NCBI GenBank assembly: GCA_050239825.1
Contig: JBFXGO010000005.1
Location: 1 to 50,119 of the forward strand
Reading direction: 5' to 3'
From: a bacterium
GTDB lineage: Bacteria; Hydrothermota; 32-111
Length of the DNA: 50,119 bases
Within the stretch, counting starts at the first letter, position 1. Every line of letters starts with the position of its first letter. The position numbers and the translations under genes are program-made. Of this stretch, positions 47,749 through 50,119 are shown piece after piece. The notes beneath the pieces were generated by a model. The model was not told the DNA's origin and did not search any database. It was given only the letters and a program-made list of their open reading frames with translations.

Positions 47749-48829
47749 TATTAGAGTCAAATTGCTTGTCTCTTTCCACCTGAATTAGGTCAAGGATTTT
47801 TTCAAGAGGCCACGGGTCTTTGTAAGGTCTCTTTGTCGCCAGAGCGTCAAAAACATCTGCAAGCGCGACAATTCTTCCCTCAATCGGGATATTCTCTCCC
47901 TTGAGTTTGTTGGGATATCCATTTCCATCATACCTCTCATGATGGCTCAATGCTATGGATGCGGCAAATTTTATAAGGTGCTCCGATGAGTCCTTCAAAA
48001 TTTCGTATCCCATGGTAGTGTGCTTTTTCATCATATCCCACTCATCCGGGTCAAGCTTAGCAGGTTTAGTCAGAATGGCGTCAGGAATACCGAGTTTGCC
48101 GATGTCATGAAGTGGACTTGCATAGAGAAGCAGTTCGCAGTATTTTGTATCAAAGCCCATATTACGGGCTATTATTTCAGAGTATCTGCTCATTCTCTTG
48201 ATGTGTGTGCCGGTGTCAGTGTCTTTGTACTCGGCCGCCACGGATAATCTGTATATAGTCTCAAGATGAGCCCTCTTGATGCTGTCTTTGAGCTGCACAT
48301 TCTTAATAGCCACAGCGGCTATTGAAGCGAATGATTCTATGATTTTCTCAATCTCGTCAGAGTATGTTACGATTTTTTCATCAGAGTCCTTGGCATTTAT
48401 CAGCTGAAGAACGCCTATTACCTCCTTCTCATTGTCTTTCATGGGAATCGTGAGCATTGAGGTCGATTTATAGTTGTTGTTATTGTCGAATTCCACATTG
48501 AATGAGAATGGGTATGTTTTAGGAATATCATAGACATCATCTATTCTGATTATATCTCCGGTAAATGCGGCATACCCTGCAATGGAGTTTTTGTCTATGT
48601 AAATAGGGAATGATTTGAAATTTTTATTTATGTCTTTTAACGTGTCATTCTGCGTAATCAGAAATATAAGCCGGTTTCCCTCCTTTAAGTAGAGAGAGCC
48701 TGCATCGGAATTGGTTATTTCCCGTGCTTTCTTCAGAACAGTATCAAGCAGGTCATTCAGGGAGGATTTTGAGCTAATAAGTATTGAAATGTTTATTAGT
48801 TCATTGAGTATTGTCTCTTTGTTCAACAT
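47684..48829 (-). CDS. GAF + HD-GYP cyclic-dinucleotide phosphodiesterase
   Basis: GAF (IAGYAA..G, SMLTIPM, GVLQLIN); EYKD..TG.H, LHDIGK, HHERYDGNGYP, ADVFDAL..RPYK. Confidence 0.92.
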   Translation of the reverse strand: MLNKETILNELINISILISSKSSLNDLLDTVLKKAREITNSDAGSLYLKEGNRLIFLITQNDTLKDINKNFKSFPIYIDKNSIAGYAAFTGDIIRIDDVYDIPKTYPFSFNVEFDNNNNYKSTSMLTIPMKDNEKEVIGVLQLINAKDSDEKIVTYSDEIEKIIESFASIAAVAIKNVQLKDSIKRAHLETIYRLSVAAEYKDTDTGTHIKRMSRYSEIIARNMGFDTKYCELLLYASPLHDIGKLGIPDAILTKPAKLDPDEWDMMKKHTTMGYEILKDSSEHLIKFAASIALSHHERYDGNGYPNKLKGENIPIEGRIVALADVFDALATKRPYKDPWPLEKILDLIQVERDKQFDSNIIDAFFAGLDDILDIQKHLSD

Positions 48830-48903
48830 ATTAATATAATATCAAGATTTAAGGTAATGTCAAGTAGCGCAGAATTTGAGAAGAAAAAAGGAAAAATCAG
48901 CTA

Positions 48904-50119
48904 TTATTTTTCCATTTCTTGAAGGAAATGTGAAATTGAAATTAAGTTTCCTAAAGTGTTATTATTTATATAATTTATATCAGTATTCTTTTTTAAAATT
49001 CCAATTTCAATCAAAAACTGAAGGTTTTCTCGAACATAATGCGAATTTCTCACATCTGAGTAATATGAATCAGAGAGAGAACTTCCCAGAAAAAGGGTCT
49101 TTTTCAAAGCTTTTTGAGAAATCTTTCTCAATAGTCTGTACCCTCTATTATAAAAAGTTATGAATCCGTCCTTAATTATGTATCGATACTCGGAAGAGGA
49201 TGTGACATCATTTGTAGTGCTGAGACGGGCAACCTCGCGATTGTATTTTGTGATTAACTTTCTGTGCCACATATCAAATACCTTTTCACTCACATTTTGC
49301 TTTATTGAATACAAGAAAAGAGAATATTCCAAGAAGGGGGAATAAACATCATAGTAATTGTTTATAACAACTGATGATATCGTTCCTGTTAGGGCAGGTA
49401 CTATAAGTTTATATCTTATATTCATAATAGATTCGATCTTTCCGGTTAAAATCAGTTTTTTCATTTTAGAAATTCTTGATTCATCAACTCTGTGTCTTAA
49501 ATCAACAAAATTAGCATTTAACAGGTTAAAATTGAATCCGATTGGCTCAATTCTCATCTTATAGAGTTTGTGGGGGTCGAATTTTCCTATAGTATAAAAA
49601 GGGAACTCATGCATAATATAAATCTCTTTGTATAATTCCCCTCCATTTCCGTTAAAAACAAGATTTATACCGTGTCTCTTTCTTAAATCGGCGACCTGAA
49701 TATTTCTGTGCATATTAATAGTATTCACAAGCCCTTCAGATAGAATATTTGACAATTTCAGTTCAGAATCGGCATTTGAGAAAGTGTTCTCCATTTCCAA
49801 ATGCTCTATTTTTAAAATGTCTGATATTTCTTTAGCTAAAAGGAATTCTTTTTTTGCTTGGCTTAAGGCTGTGAATGAAGAGAAAGATAAATTGTAATAT
49901 TTGAGTGCGACAGCCAAGAGTCTTGAGTCCATCCCACCTGTAAGGTCACAGCTTATTTTTGAATTATTAAGAGATATTTTGAGATTCTCAATAAAATCGA
50001 CAAATTCTATAGACGAAACATTTTCTGTCTTCTTAATAAGTTTAAATTCATTTTCTTTATTGATATAAAGAACTTCATCACCTGTAATTTGCTTTATACT
50101 ATCAAACAGTGTATCGGGT
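48904..50119 (-). CDS. asparagine-synthase (AsnB)-like amidotransferase, 5' end outside window
   Basis: Frame is open to the window edge (..TLFDSIK..KISCDLTGGMDSRL..); NGNGGEL and YSPFL motifs of the AsnB synthetase domain. Confidence 0.7.
   Translation of the reverse strand, partial: PDTLFDSIKQITGDEVLYINKENEFKLIKKTENVSSIEFVDFIENLKISLNNSKISCDLTGGMDSRLLAVALKYYNLSFSSFTALSQAKKEFLLAKEISDILKIEHLEMENTFSNADSELKLSNILSEGLVNTINMHRNIQVADLRKRHGINLVFNGNGGELYKEIYIMHEFPFYTIGKFDPHKLYKMRIEPIGFNFNLLNANFVDLRHRVDESRISKMKKLILTGKIESIMNIRYKLIVPALTGTISSVVINNYYDVYSPFLEYSLFLYSIKQNVSEKVFDMWHRKLITKYNREVARLSTTNDVTSSSEYRYIIKDGFITFYNRGYRLLRKISQKALKKTLFLGSSLSDSYYSDVRNSHYVRENLQFLIEIGILKKNTDINYINNNTLGNLISISHFLQEMEK

Noticed and set aside
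1..50119. CRISPR array, tRNA, rRNA, IS/transposase, integrase or prophage
   Set aside because: No regularly spaced short repeats, cloverleafs or mobile-element proteins recognised; intergenic gaps are all under ~200 bp.

Overview
Gene-dense, AT-rich bacterial chromosomal window (standard code 11). Almost all genes lie on the + strand. The many secreted proteins with T9SS type-A-like C-terminal sorting domains (CTDs) suggest an FCB-related or candidate-phylum diderm such as WOR-3/TA06; this taxonomy is inference only. Left part: mazEF, an isocitrate/isopropylmalate-family dehydrogenase, two helix-hairpin-helix/beta-barrel-like envelope proteins around a Nudix hydrolase, a lipoprotein, two heterodimeric ABC exporter pairs, a CLC channel, a GpgS-like GT2 fused to a HAD phosphatase, and Hsp20. 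Right part: secD-secF (SecF has a large periplasmic insertion), a cNMP-binding protein, a lamin-tail/PLD/CTD protein, a long glycosylation and envelope cluster (GT2s, GT4s, YfhO-type GT-C, Ppm1-like, two LVIVD+CTD proteins, methyltransferases, deacetylase, truncated AsnB-like), coaE, an M28/glutaminyl-cyclase-like lipoprotein, comEA and a GAF-HD-GYP protein. The most striking element is a ~8 kb accessory locus (16350-24450). A ~1,330-aa CTD-bearing surface protein has its start codon out of frame with its signal peptide because of a (CT)11 tract, which looks like a phase-variation switch in the OFF state. It is followed by a ~2.08 kb tandem unit (CTD tail + FG-GAP/CTD gene) present twice, with a near-identical core but divergent N-terminal domains. 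No tRNA, rRNA, CRISPR array, transposase or reverse transcriptase was recognised.
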